DNA of 63,361 nucleotides, counting the filler, from Octopus bimaculoides (lineage: Eukaryota): assembly GCF_001194135.2 (NCBI RefSeq). It is 5 parts of 5 records of this genome, joined end to end, with 100 filler letters (N's around TTAATTAATTAA, not from the genome) between each part and the next. Parts side by side here need not be neighbours in the genome. Positions count along the whole stretch, not along the records: positions 41,664 to 63,361 come from NC_068999.1; 4 more parts are not named here. One strand, 5' to 3'. The first letter of the stretch is position 1; every line of letters starts with the position of its first letter. The notes below the pieces were generated by a model. That model ran no database searches. It saw only the letters and a list, made by a program, of their open reading frames with translations, and was not told the origin of the DNA. Below, piece after piece: positions 51,661 to 63,361 of this stretch. A program made the position numbers and the translations under genes.

Positions 51661-52603
51661 GAGCTCTTACCCCTGCTGGCGACAAAGGGACTCTCACTCA
51701 GNNNNNNNNNNNNNNNNNNNNNNNNNNNNNNNNNNNNNNNNNNNNNNNNNNNNNNNNNNNNNNNNNNNNNNNNNNNNNNNNNNNNNNNNNNNNNNNNNNN
51801 NNNNNNNNNNNNNNNNNNNNNNNNNNNNNNNNNNNNNNNNNNNNNNNNNNNNNNNNNNNNNNNNNNNNNNNNNNNNNNNNNNNNNNNNNNNNNNNNNNNN
51901 NNNNNNNNNNNNNNNNNNNNNNNNNNNNNNNNNNNNNNNNNNNNNNNNNNNNNNNNNNNNNNNNNNNNNNNNNNNNNNNNNNNNNNNNNNNNNNNNNNNN
52001 NNNNNNNNNNNNNNNNNNNNNNNNNNNNNNNNNNNNNNNNNNNNNNNNNNNNNNNNNNNNNNNNNNNNNNNNNNNNNNNNNNNNNNNNNNNNNNNNNNNN
52101 NNNNNNNNNNNNNNNNNNNNNNNNNNNNNNNNNNNNNNNNNNNNNNNNNNNNNNNNNNNNNNNNNNNNNNNNNNNNNNNNNNNNNNNNNNNNNNNNNNNN
52201 NNNNNNNNNNNNNNNNNNNNNNNNNNNNNNNNNNNNNNNNNNNNNNNNNNNNNNNNNNNNNNNNNNNNNNNNNNNNNNNNNNNNNNNNNNNNNNNNNNNN
52301 NNNNNNNNNNNNNNNNNNNNNNNNNNNNNNNNNNNNNNNNNNNNNNNNNNNNNNNNNNNNNNNNNNNNNNNNNNNNNNNNNNNNNNNNNNNNNNNNNNNN
52401 NNNNNNNNNNNNNNNNNNNNNNNNNNNNNNNNNNNNNNNNNNNNNNNNNNNNNNNNNNNNNNNNNNNNNNNNNNNNNNNNNNNNNNNNNNNNNNNNNNNN
52501 NNNNNNNNNNNNNNNNNNNNNNNNNNNNNNNNNNNNNNNNNNNNNNNNNNNNNNNNNNNNNNNNNNNNNNNNNNNNNNNNNNNNNNNNNNNNNNNNNNNN
52601 NNN

Positions 52604-52648
<45 letters not shown>

Positions 52649-52812
52649 TTGTGTATGTATGTATCCTCATCATCATCATCGTTTAACATCCATTTTCCAT
52701 GCTGGCTGGGTTGGATGGTTTGACTGAACTCTGGAGAGCCAGCGGCTGCACCAGGCTCCAATCTGATCTGGCAATGTTTCTACAGCACCCACTACACTCT
52801 GAGAGTGTAGTG

Positions 52813-53110
52813 GGTGCTTTTTATGTGCCACTGGCATAGGAACCAGTCAGTGGGGCCTGGCAGCGGTCATGTTCGGATGGTGCTTTTTACGTGCCACCAG
52901 CACAGTAGTCAGTCAGTGGGTACTGGCATCGGTGATGATCGGTTGGTGCTTTTTATGTGCCACCAGCATGGGAGCCAGTCAAGCAGACCTGGCATCCACC
53001 ACGTTCAGATGGTGCTTTTTACATGTCACCAGCATGGGACCTAGTCTAGGGGTACTGGCATTGGCCACGTTCGGTTGGTGCTTTTTATGTGCCACTGACA
53101 CAGGAGCCAG
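52813..53110. repeat. Five ~66-bp tandem units inside a family B SINE
   Basis: GTGCTTTT(T)A(T/C)(G/A)TG(C/T)CAC recurs at ~52813, ~52880, ~52946, ~53012 and ~53078. Confidence 0.8.
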
Positions 53111-53149
53111 CCAAGGGTACCGGCCTCAGCTACGATATTGGTTTTACTT

Positions 53150-53400
53150 GACTCAGCAGGTCTTCTCAAACATATCGTATTGTCCAACGTATCAGGGTAT
53201 TCTTAGCAGGGCTAGACATGCGTGGCTGCGATCTCACTTTAGTTGCCGGGTCTTCTCCCTCAGCATATCTCCAAAAGTCCCGGTCTCCTGTCACTGCCTC
53301 TGTGAGGCCCAATGTTTGAAGGTCATGCTTCACCACCTCATCCCTTGTCTTCCTGGATCTTCCTCTTCCACAGGTTCCTTCTACAGTTAGGGAGTCTCTC
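53150..53400 (-). mobile_element. RTE-clade LINE 3' end
   Basis: EGTCGRGRSRKTRDEVVKHDLQTLGLTEAVTGDRDFWRYA is a typical RTE C-terminal RGRPxxxW...DRxxWR pattern. Confidence 0.8.
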
Positions 53401-54350
53401 CCCTCCCCCTTGTTCCTCAGTCTCTTTGATTTCATTTTCCCTCTCTCGTATTCCTTAATCTCTTTTCCTTCTTCCCTCTTATTTTTCAATCCCTTTGCTT
53501 TCCTTTCTCACTTACTCCCCTTGTACCACTTTTCTCTCTCTCCCCCTTCCTCTCATTCTTTAGTTCCTCTGATTTCTTTCCCCTCTTTCCTATTCCTTAG
53601 TCCCTCTGCTGTCTTCAACTCTTTCCTTCTCCTACCATGTGATCAATCTCCTTTTTCGACAATCTTCCTTTCAGGTTGGTCACATTCCTCTTTCCTCCTA
53701 CTCAACCTGTCAAGATTTTCCATTTTTCCCTTGCACCAGCTTACTGTGTTTGTCTGATAGAAGAAAGACCTTTTTTGTTATTCATTTATGTTGTAATTGT
53801 ACAATTATTTTCCTTTTGCTGTATAGCCGAAAGGCGTTTGTCCATTGTACATGTATAATTCTTTTTCTGTTGCACTTGCACTATTATTTCATAACATTAT
53901 GTTCATCCAATAGTCGAGAAACCCTTTCTGTTTTTTTTTATTTATTTATATTCGTATATGTATTAACTTTTTTTCTCCTTCTATTCTATAGCTGAAAGAC
54001 ATTTATTTGCATGTGTATAATTCTAGCTTTCTTGTTTTTGTTTCTGTTCCTGTTTTCGTTCTTGTATACATTCAATTGAGTTTCCCAGAGGCTCAATGCT
54101 ATTAGCTTAAGTCCCTGACACCTGCCAGATTCATGTAGTAGCGGAGATAAGGGGGCGAAACTGCAAGGACTTTCCGAACTCCAACTGATGAGGAAATCAG
54201 TTGCAAATGAGCCGCGTATCTTGTTTTTGTCCTGTTTGTCGTCTGCCGTGCTATCATCTACTTTCCCGCATGTTGTGTTTTGTTGATTTCCATTTGTTGT
54301 GTTCTTCCTGTCCTTCCAGACATCTCTCTCTCTCTCTCTATCTCTCTCTT

Positions 54351-54403
<53 letters not shown>

Positions 54404-54653
54404 NNNNNNNNNNNNNNNNNNNNNNNNNNNNNNNNNNNNNNNNNNNNNNNNNNNNNNNNNNNNNNNNNNNNNNNNNNNNNNNNNNNNNNNNNNNNNNNNN
54501 NNNNNNNNNNNNNNNNNNNNNNNNNNNNNNNNNNNNNNNNNNNNNNNNNNNNNNNNNNNNNNNNNNNNNNNNNNNNNNNNNNNNNNNNNNNNNNNNNNNN
54601 NNNNNNNNNNNNNNNNNNNNNNNNNNNNNNNNNNNNNNNNNNNNNNNNNNNNN

Positions 54654-54725
<72 letters not shown>

Positions 54726-54734
54726 CTACTACAT

Positions 54735-55260
54735 ATATGGAAAATTGGTGTGTGTTTGTTTATTAGCTAACTCCTCCTACATCGTTTTATTGATTTTGAT
54801 GAAACTTGACACATGATTAGACCTCATGTCTGGAAACCTGGTGACATACTTAGATTGTTAAAAAAATCGATAATACAGCCCCTGAAAGGACGTGTATATC
54901 TACCTCATATAACTATTTTTTTTTAAACACCCAAGGGAAATAACCCATTTCATTGCTTATATTCGATTACTTTGAATATTGATTTTTTGTGTGTGCTATT
55001 TCTAATTTTTGCAGACAATATCACTTTTATACTCTATTTGACACGGAAACCTCGTGACATACTTAAATTGTTGGAAAAAATCGATAAGAGGGCCCTTCCA
55101 ATGGATCCTTCTATCTACTACATATTACTAATTATTTAAACAACCCAAGTGAAATAACCCATACCACCTGCAGATTTTAGCAAAGCGATCAATATTTGAT
55201 TCTCACGATCAACCGACCTAATTCTGCATTTGAACTACTAAACATTATTATTGCACTTTC
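54735..55260 (+). mobile_element. Helentron/HINE-like non-autonomous element with internal ~210-bp direct repeats
   Basis: TG tract then CTCCTCCTAC...GATTTTGATGAAACTTGACAC core; GGAAACCT(G/C)GTGACATACTTA...AAATAACCCAT repeated at ~54831 and ~55045. Confidence 0.45.
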
Positions 55261-56829
55261 TTAATTTGAATCTTAAACATTAAATACTTCATTCATACAT
55301 TTCTATACATACATACTTTTTTGAATGCACATAACTCCGATAATTCTTCATTTTTACAGATACACTTTTTCCATGAGAGTAGGTAAATTTTTTTATTCCA
55401 CAACGTATTTGTAGTGGTTTCATGCAGGCATAGCGTAGATTTGATCCTCGATTGTCAAATTTCACTTAACAGTTCAATAGTGCTTTTCTCACGATAAAAC
55501 AATAGTTTTTCTGTGAATGACAGCAGTTATACATTTCCCAGATGCCTTCACTAAGCAGAATAATGTCTTTGCCTCTCGCCAACCTCTGAAAACCTCTCTC
55601 ACCAACTTTCTACTCCAAACTCTGCAAGCCTCTCTCGCCAACCTCCAACAGTCTCTCCCTCCTCCAGCTGACAGTTTTGTGGGAGTTATTACGAAGTTGC
55701 TTTCTTATATCAGAGTAATAAGGCATTTCAATAGAACATCTTTATCCCCGGGAATTACCAACTAGTATATATATATATATATATATATATAAAGAGAGAG
55801 AGAGAGAGATATATATAAATAGATAGATATAACAAGCAAAGAAGCCAGATCTAAAATCTCTTTAAGAGATGACCACAGTAGTTATTCTAGCGACCAATGT
55901 TCACAGCCACATGAATATGGCTGTTCGATTTGAATGGGTTTTGCTGCAATTTTTTAACCCCAAGAAGACATCTCCTCTAGCTAGTTAATGATGCACAGCT
56001 AGAGATGTCCTCTTATTAAAACATTGCAGTATACTATGTTTGGATGGAACAAGCATGTTGAAGTGGCTACAAACATTACTTGTGATCATCATCATCATCA
56101 TCATTGTCATTTAACATCTGCTTTCCATGCTGGCATGGGCTGGACAGTGTGACTGAAAGCAGGTAAGCCGGGAGGCTGCACCAGGCCCCAAACTGATTTG
56201 GCAAGGTTTCTACAGCTGGATGCTTTTCCTAATGCCAACCACTCTAAGAGTGTGGTATGTGCTTTTTATGTGCCATTCAGGTGGCACTGGCATCAGACAT
56301 GTTCGAATGGTGCTTTTTGTATGCCGTCTGCACAAATGCCAGCCAGGCAGCACTGGCATCGGCAATATATATATATATAAAGTTAGTAGAGTTAGTGGTT
56401 GGAATAACCATCTAAGGGATAAGAATATTCGTTTTGCTACCGGTATAAATTATCTATGTTAACCCTTGGGCATACGTATGCAAGCATATTATGCTCATAG
56501 GATACAAGCAATAACAAAAATACACAAGAGTTTATCAGGAATCAAATCTAAATTAAGCTGAAAATGGAGAAATCTTAATCAAAAACAATTAACTACCATC
56601 GATTATTATTTTTTAATACAAGTCTTTATCCCATCTAACAGCTGTTTCTGCTTCCAATGTCTCACAGCGCTGCCAAAGAAAATTCTGAGAATAATATTCA
56701 TTATATTCTATAACAAATCTGATCTGGAACATAGAGCTTCATCAGAGTGAAGAAAAAAACATAAAATAACTGAAATGAAAAGAGAAGTACCTCGAGAGAA
56801 GAAATGAAGGCTTAATATATTCGGATCAC

Positions 56830-57327
56830 ACCTTTTTGCAGTGTTTATGAGCTTTATGTTTAGAAATTTTTAACTCCCCTGCAAGTTCTTTAGTCGTGAT
56901 ATTTGATTTTTTCTTGCCTACAAAACATCTTCATCTAATTTTGAAGTTCCTCTACCATGACTCACCTTCCAAGATAAATAAATCAGCTTCAAATTTTGCA
57001 AACCACCTTTGAATAGTTGATTCACCTACAGCATCATCATCATAAACTTCACAGATGATTTTTGCAAGTCTTTGAAGAACTTCCTCCTTTTTTTGAAAAG
57101 GAAAAGCATTGCAACACGAAAATGAACTTTTTAGTTATTCATTTCAAGTGTGAATAAAGGGTAACTGGAATGAAAGATAAATCTATTTTTAATCAGGAAC
57201 AAAGAAGAGATGCATTACCACTTCAAGCAACGCCAAAGTTTTAACTGTGTTATGTTTCAGTTGTTGTTCCATGAAGCGTTAAAAGATTTAGCTTAAAAAT
57301 GCGCAGAACTTTCTGGAACCCCTAATA
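56830..57327 (-). mobile_element. Mariner 5' half with TIR
   Basis: N-terminal HTH remnant ICEVYDDDAVGESTIQRWFAKFE; TIR TATTAGGGGTTCCAGAAAGTTCT; paralogous to ~61800-62295. Confidence 0.8.
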
Positions 57328-57353
57328 TTTACATATATACATACATATGTGTG

Positions 57354-57416
<63 letters not shown>

Positions 57417-57706
57417 NNNNNNNNNNNNNNNNNNNNNNNNNNNNNNNNNNNNNNNNNNNNNNNNNNNNNNNNNNNNNNNNNNNNNNNNNNNNNNNNNNNN
57501 NNNNNNNNNNNNNNNNNNNNNNNNNNNNNNNNNNNNNNNNNNNNNNNNNNNNNNNNNNNNNNNNNNNNNNNNNNNNNNNNNNNNNNNNNNNNNNNNNNNN
57601 NNNNNNNNNNNNNNNNNNNNNNNNNNNNNNNNNNNNNNNNNNNNNNNNNNNNNNNNNNNNNNNNNNNNNNNNNNNNNNNNNNNNNNNNNNNNNNNNNNNN
57701 NNNNNN

Positions 57707-57738
<32 letters not shown>

Positions 57739-57948
57739 AAGATGGTCATTTGCTGATAGCAAGTGTTTTCCCTTTGTCCAGGAAATCTGTAAGATAATTG
57801 CCTAGAAAATTGTTAATACTTCATGGTAACGAATCTTTATTCTTTCCCTCTTATGGCAAAGCCCCCAAGAATAATCAGACCAAGGATCGAAACTTCCCTA
57901 GTTATACAGTACAAAATCTGATTCTCTTAGAGAATAAGTGGAGGAATA

Positions 57949-58188
57949 GTGTATGTATACAATTGTTTTGTTTTTTTGTTACTACAATCTCTCAAAAGCC
58001 AACAATTAGGTTAAGAACGCTTTGTTTACACTAATCAAATTCTCATGTGGCATTATTTTCTTATATATAAACAGATTTGTTGAAAGTGAACAATTGAGGT
58101 AAGAATGACTTTGTTTACAATAAACAACTCCTCACATGGCATTATTTTAATATTTATAAATAGAAAGGTGTCTAATTTATATATCTAG
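57949..58188 (+). pseudogene. Cassette U4: split small ORF with GTG start and damaged first donor (micro-exon 58075-58098, terminal exon 58164-58188)
   Basis: VYVYNCFVFLLLQSLKSQQL / FVESEQLR / KVSNLYI*; second intron is 65 nt, GTAAG...AATAG. Confidence 0.35.
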
Positions 58189-58619
58189 ATTTCCAGGAAA
58201 GCTGTAATTGAATACTTAGCTAATTAACTACACGTCTTTATATATAAATCTTTTTAGGCTTTACGCTTTGTATTAATATTTCAATCCATTTCTCTTTATA
58301 TTTACAAACCCAACACATAAGTCTCTCCATTCTTGTACCATTTAATTTAATCTGTGATTCATTGATTAATTTCTCAATTCTTCTCTGCACCCGTGTCTCT
58401 CTCACTGTGGTACCCACCCATATTCCCTTTCTAGCACGCGTGCACGCACACATACACACGTATGCACTCACATTCTCTCTCTCTTGGTCTTTCTCTCTCA
58501 CTCTATCCCTCTCCCTGTATACCTATCTGTTGAACATGTGTGAATATGGGAGTATGTGTATAGAAAGAATAAAGTTATATACTTATGCCAACTAATCCCC
58601 CCTCCACCTGTGCACACAT

Positions 58620-59610
58620 ACAGAGGTTGGACAAAATAATGGAAACACCTTAAAATTTCAAACAAATTTATTTTAATATGGGGTAGGACCACCTTTGGCA
58701 ATGATTACAGCTTGAATTCTACGAGATATAGACTTGTACAAAGTTTGAATTTCTTCCAAAGGTATTTTTGTCCATTCTTCAGCTAAAACAGTCTCCAGTT
58801 CTTGTAGTGATTATGGTGGAGGATATTGATTCCTTACTTGTTTTTCTAAAATGCACCATAAATGTTCCATAATATTGAGATCTGGGGACTGTGGTGGTCA
58901 GATAAGATGTTCGTCTTCACCAGAATGTTCCTCGTGCCATTCAGTAACAACTTTAGCTGTGTGAATTGGTGCATTATCATCCTGAAAGATTGTGTTTCCC
59001 TCTGGAAACAGTTCCACAACCATTGGATGAATTTGATCAGATAAAATGCTTAAATAGTCTTGACTATTAATTCTGTCATGAAGGGAAACCATTGGGCTGG
59101 CAGATTTCCAAGATATAGCCATCCAGATCATCACAGATCCTCCTCCATGTTTAACAGTTGGAAGAAGGCAGTCTGGGTCAAATGCTTCTTTTGGCTGTCT
59201 CCACATGTATACTCGGCTGGTGGTGGGAAATAAGGTAAAGGATGATTTGTCTGAGAAAATAACATTCTTCCATTGCTCTAGGGACGAATTCTGTAGGTTT
59301 TTACTCCACTCTAAACACTTTGCAACATTTGTTTTTGAAAGTGATGGTTTTCTTATTACAGCCCTCCTGTGAAATCCCACTTTGTGCAGCTTCCAGTGAA
59401 CAGTTTTTGTGGAAACTGGGTTCTCGAGGTGGTCATTAAGCTCTGCAGTAATTTTGGGAGCTGTACTTTTGTGATCCTTTCTAACAATTTACATAAGAGT
59501 CTGACAGCCCCTATCTGAAAGTTTTGGCTTTCTTCCAGAAATTTGTTTCAATGAGGAGGTTTTTTCCCTCTTTCTCAAAGGCTGTCTCTAGGTGTTCACT
59601 GTAGATACGA
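58620..59610 (-). mobile_element. Tc1-family transposase (degraded)
   Basis: WKNVIFSDKSSF, TVKHGGGSVMIW and FQDDNAPIHTAK motifs; terminus TACAGAGGTTGGACAAAATAATGGAAACACC at ~58620. Confidence 0.92.
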
Positions 59611-59671
59611 TCCTTCGCAAACGATCACCTATTATTTTGTAAACAATGTTACGAAACTGTTCATGTTTTCG

Positions 59672-59707
<36 letters not shown>

Positions 59708-60124
59708 NNNNNNNNNNNNNNNNNNNNNNNNNNNNNNNNNNNNNNNNNNNNNNNNNNNNNNNNNNNNNNNNNNNNNNNNNNNNNNNNNNNNNNNNNNNNN
59801 NNNNNNNNNNNNNNNNNNNNNNNNNNNNNNNNNNNNNNNNNNNNNNNNNNNNNNNNNNNNNNNNNNNNNNNNNNNNNNNNNNNNNNNNNNNNNNNNNNNN
59901 NNNNNNNNNNNNNNNNNNNNNNNNNNNNNNNNNNNNNNNNNNNNNNNNNNNNNNNNNNNNNNNNNNNNNNNNNNNNNNNNNNNNNNNNNNNNNNNNNNNN
60001 NNNNNNNNNNNNNNNNNNNNNNNNNNNNNNNNNNNNNNNNNNNNNNNNNNNNNNNNNNNNNNNNNNNNNNNNNNNNNNNNNNNNNNNNNNNNNNNNNNNN
60101 NNNNNNNNNNNNNNNNNNNNNNNN

Positions 60125-60155
<31 letters not shown>

Positions 60156-60164
60156 TTGCTATAG

Positions 60165-60385
60165 CCTCAGGATGACCAAAATCTTGTGAGTGGATTTCCT
60201 ACTCAGAAACTGAAAGAAAACTGTTGTATATATGTGTATATTTGTGTATGTGTGTGCCTGTGCCTTGTGTTTGTACCGCCACTATACCTTGACAACTGAT
60301 GTTGCTGTGTTTACATTCCTGTAACTTAGCAGTTTGGTAAAAGACACTAACAGAATGAGTACTAGACTTACAAAGAATAAATCCT
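60165..60385 (+). mobile_element. Degraded SINE family A copy
   Basis: TTGTGAGTGGATTT...GAAACTGAAAGAAAA...CCTTGACAACTGATGTTG...GTAACTTAGCAGTTTGG. Confidence 0.7.
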
Positions 60386-60531
60386 TGCACAGGTAGAAGG
60401 GGAAAACTGTGAAATTTGGTTTGATGTTACCTGTACATTTGTCTGTATTGCAGGAACCAGATCTGGTCTTTATGTAGAGTAGTTTTCTGTTTAAATGTCA
60501 TACTCGCCTGTCTTTAATTTCTTATTTATAT

Positions 60532-60581
<50 letters not shown>

Positions 60582-60619
60582 TTATATGTATTTACATATA
60601 TATAGTTACATATATATAT

Positions 60620-60669
<50 letters not shown>

Positions 60670-60782
60670 ACATACTTAGATATACATATATATATATACA
60701 TTTGTTTATATGTATTTACATATATATATATTTCATACACATATATTTATGTATTTGCATATATATAGTTATAGTCACACAC

Positions 60783-60830
<48 letters not shown>

Positions 60831-61062
60831 ATATTTGCTCTTTTGTCCTGTTGTTGATATTGGTGGTAGTAGGGTCATCCATGCTGGTGTCTTCTTCCTT
60901 GGCAGGTCTCTCAATTTTAGTTTGTGTTTGAGATGTGTTCCCTTATGTATCAGTAGGACCAGGGAAATGTATGTCAATAATATCAGGGTCCCCATCCTTG
61001 TCATCCTTTTGGAGATTCTGTGCAAAGATGGTGTCAAATGTGTTAGTATGAGGTTTATATAT

Positions 61063-62298
61063 ATTTGATTGTCCGGAAAGTTCTAAGCTTCTTTTAATAT
61101 GCAAAAAAGAATATAAATAATTGAAGTTTGAATAAACTTTATGGAATTAAATAAATTCCTACATTTATTTACAACATTTTTCCATGTATCAGGCATTTTA
61201 AATATTCCCTCAGCATAAAATTTGACTAGTTTTGAAGAGGGAAAGGTATCTTGATGCATTTTGACTGCATCTAAATTGTTAGATGTTTTTCCTTGCAATG
61301 AGTTCTGTAGAGATAAAACAAGTGTTAGTTGGTTGGTGCAATATCAGGAGAATATGGTGGATGGGGTAAGAGATCCTAGCCAAACTCATGTAAATTTGTT
61401 TGGGTAACCAAAGTCACATATGGTTGGGCATTGTCTTGTTGGAACACTACCTCTTTCTTGTGGGCAATCTTTGGCCTCAGTTCTTTGATTTCTTGATTCA
61501 ACTTGGTCAGCTGACGACAGTGCACATCAGAATTAATGGTCATGTTTTGTGGGAGAGACTCATAGTAAATAATGCCTTTATAATCCCACCAATCACAAAG
61601 CATAGCCTTTTTGCATGGATATTCGTCTGTGGTTGTTGTTTTGGGGGATCCTTACACAAACTCCAGGATCTTTTTCACACTACGTTTTTTTTCACAATTC
61701 ATTTTTCATCTCCAGTCAAAAGAAGGCATGCTTTCATTCTTCTCAAAAACATAAAACAAATGGAATACTGGTCCAAGCAATTCTTTTCTGAGAGTCTGTG
61801 AGGGATCCATACATTATAGTGAGAAATGTATTCTAGCTTCACTAGTTATTCATGAGCTGTACTTTTAGAAATTTCCAACACCTCTGCAAGTTCTGTAGTT
61901 GTGATATTTGAGTTTCTTTTGTCTTCAAAACATCTTCATCCAATTTTGAAGGTCCTCTTTCATGACTCACCTTCCAAGCTAAACTCTTCAGCTTCAAGTT
62001 TTGCGAACCACCTTTGATTCACCTACAGTATCATCACCATAAACTTCACAAATGTTTTTGCAATTCACCACAGCACTTTCACCTTTTTTAAAAAGGAAAA
62101 GCATTACAACGCGCAAATGAACTTTTTGGTTATCCATTTCAAATGTCAATAAAGCGTAACAGGAATAAAAATAAATCTATTTTTAGTCAGGAACAAAGAA
62201 GAGATGCACTATCACTTCAAGCAACATGAAAGTTTTAACTGTGTTACATTTCAGTTGCGTTCAATGAAGCGTTTAAAGATTTAGCTTAAAAACGGTAT
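61063..62298 (-). mobile_element. Near full-length degraded mariner element
   Basis: MLCDWWDYKGIIYYESL and FQQDNAQP motifs; TIR TTTGATTGTCCGGAAAGTTCT at the 3' end; 5' TIR missing. Confidence 0.88.
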
Positions 62299-62299
62299 A

Positions 62300-62387
62300 T
62301 ATGTATATATATAGATATATATGTATATATATATATAGATATGGATAGATATATATGTATATATATATATATATATATATAGATATG

Positions 62388-62437
<50 letters not shown>

Positions 62438-62508
62438 TATGGATGTATATATATATATATAGATATGGATGTATATATATATATGTATATATATATATAT
62501 AGATATGG

Positions 62509-62543
<35 letters not shown>

Positions 62544-62550
62544 GATATGG

Positions 62551-62581
<31 letters not shown>

Positions 62582-62613
62582 GATATGGATATATATATAT
62601 ATGGATATATATG

Positions 62614-62662
<49 letters not shown>

Positions 62663-62790
62663 GTATATATATATAGATATGGATATATATATGTATGTAT
62701 ATAGATATATATATATGTATATATATAGATATATATGTATCTATCTATCTATCTATCTATATATATATAGATATGGATATATTTCACATT
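62300..62790. repeat. TA-based minisatellite punctuated by AGATATGGAT
   Basis: AGATATGGAT recurs roughly every 20-45 bp within TA runs; a further copy at ~62948. Confidence 0.85.
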
Positions 62791-63361
62791 TGTCTTGCTT
62801 CTATATGTTGGTTCACTGACGATGAATATATGTGGAATTCCAGCAGCTCTTACTTCTTTGGAAGTAGATTGCACATATATTTTGAAACATATGTAGGAAT
62901 TAAAGGAACTTTTATTTATATGCGTTTTGCTCCATTTATTGTTATTATAGATATGGATATATATATGTATGTATATAGATATATATATGTATGTATATCT
63001 GTAAATAATATGCAACAATTATTCGGTAGCCATGATAAAATGCTGAGTTTTGGAAGTCGGGGCGGAAACCCACTCCGCCATCTCTTCAGTTATCTGGCCA
63101 TCAACAAAAATGCTATGAAAATGACCATTAAAGAAAGGCAAATTACTGTGTGAATGACCGTTATTAAGACAAAAGAGCTATTAGAATAACTGCTAAGTGA
63201 CATCCGAAACTCAGAGTTTTATCATGGCTACCGAATAATTATCACATATTATTTACAGATAAATTCCTCTATTTACATAATATCGAGGTCTCTTTCTTTC
63301 TTTGGTTGTCTTACCTTTTCTATCAATATATGTATGTGTATATATATATATATATATATAT

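Overview
AT-rich, repeat-dense eukaryotic (metazoan) scaffold with many N gaps and long TA/CA/CT/TAT/CAT/GTA/TCTA microsatellites. The SINE families and repeat style point to an octopus genome (inference, not database-checked). No rRNA, genuine tRNA gene, CRISPR array or long intact ORF is visible; almost all ORFs in the track are microsatellite or gap translations. Recognisable coding-derived DNA is degraded transposons: mariner, Tc1 and maT-like transposases, CR1/L2-like, RTE-like and R4/Dong-like LINE pieces, plus many tRNA-derived SINEs and MITEs. Non-repeat signals: a CpG-containing promoter-like patch at 40-330, a probable first exon ending at a GTAAG donor (2152), and a repeat-free 3'UTR-like block at 19.1-21.3 kb. 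The most unusual structure is a local array of four ~1 kb cassettes (42.4-58.6 kb). Each holds a small split ORF: a hydrophobic exon A ending in SVESQQLR-like codons, mostly 65-nt GT/GC-AG introns, a 24-nt phase-2 micro-exon in three copies, and a short terminal exon. This suggests a duplicated micro-exon small-peptide gene family in different states of decay. All gene models are unverified predictions made by eye.
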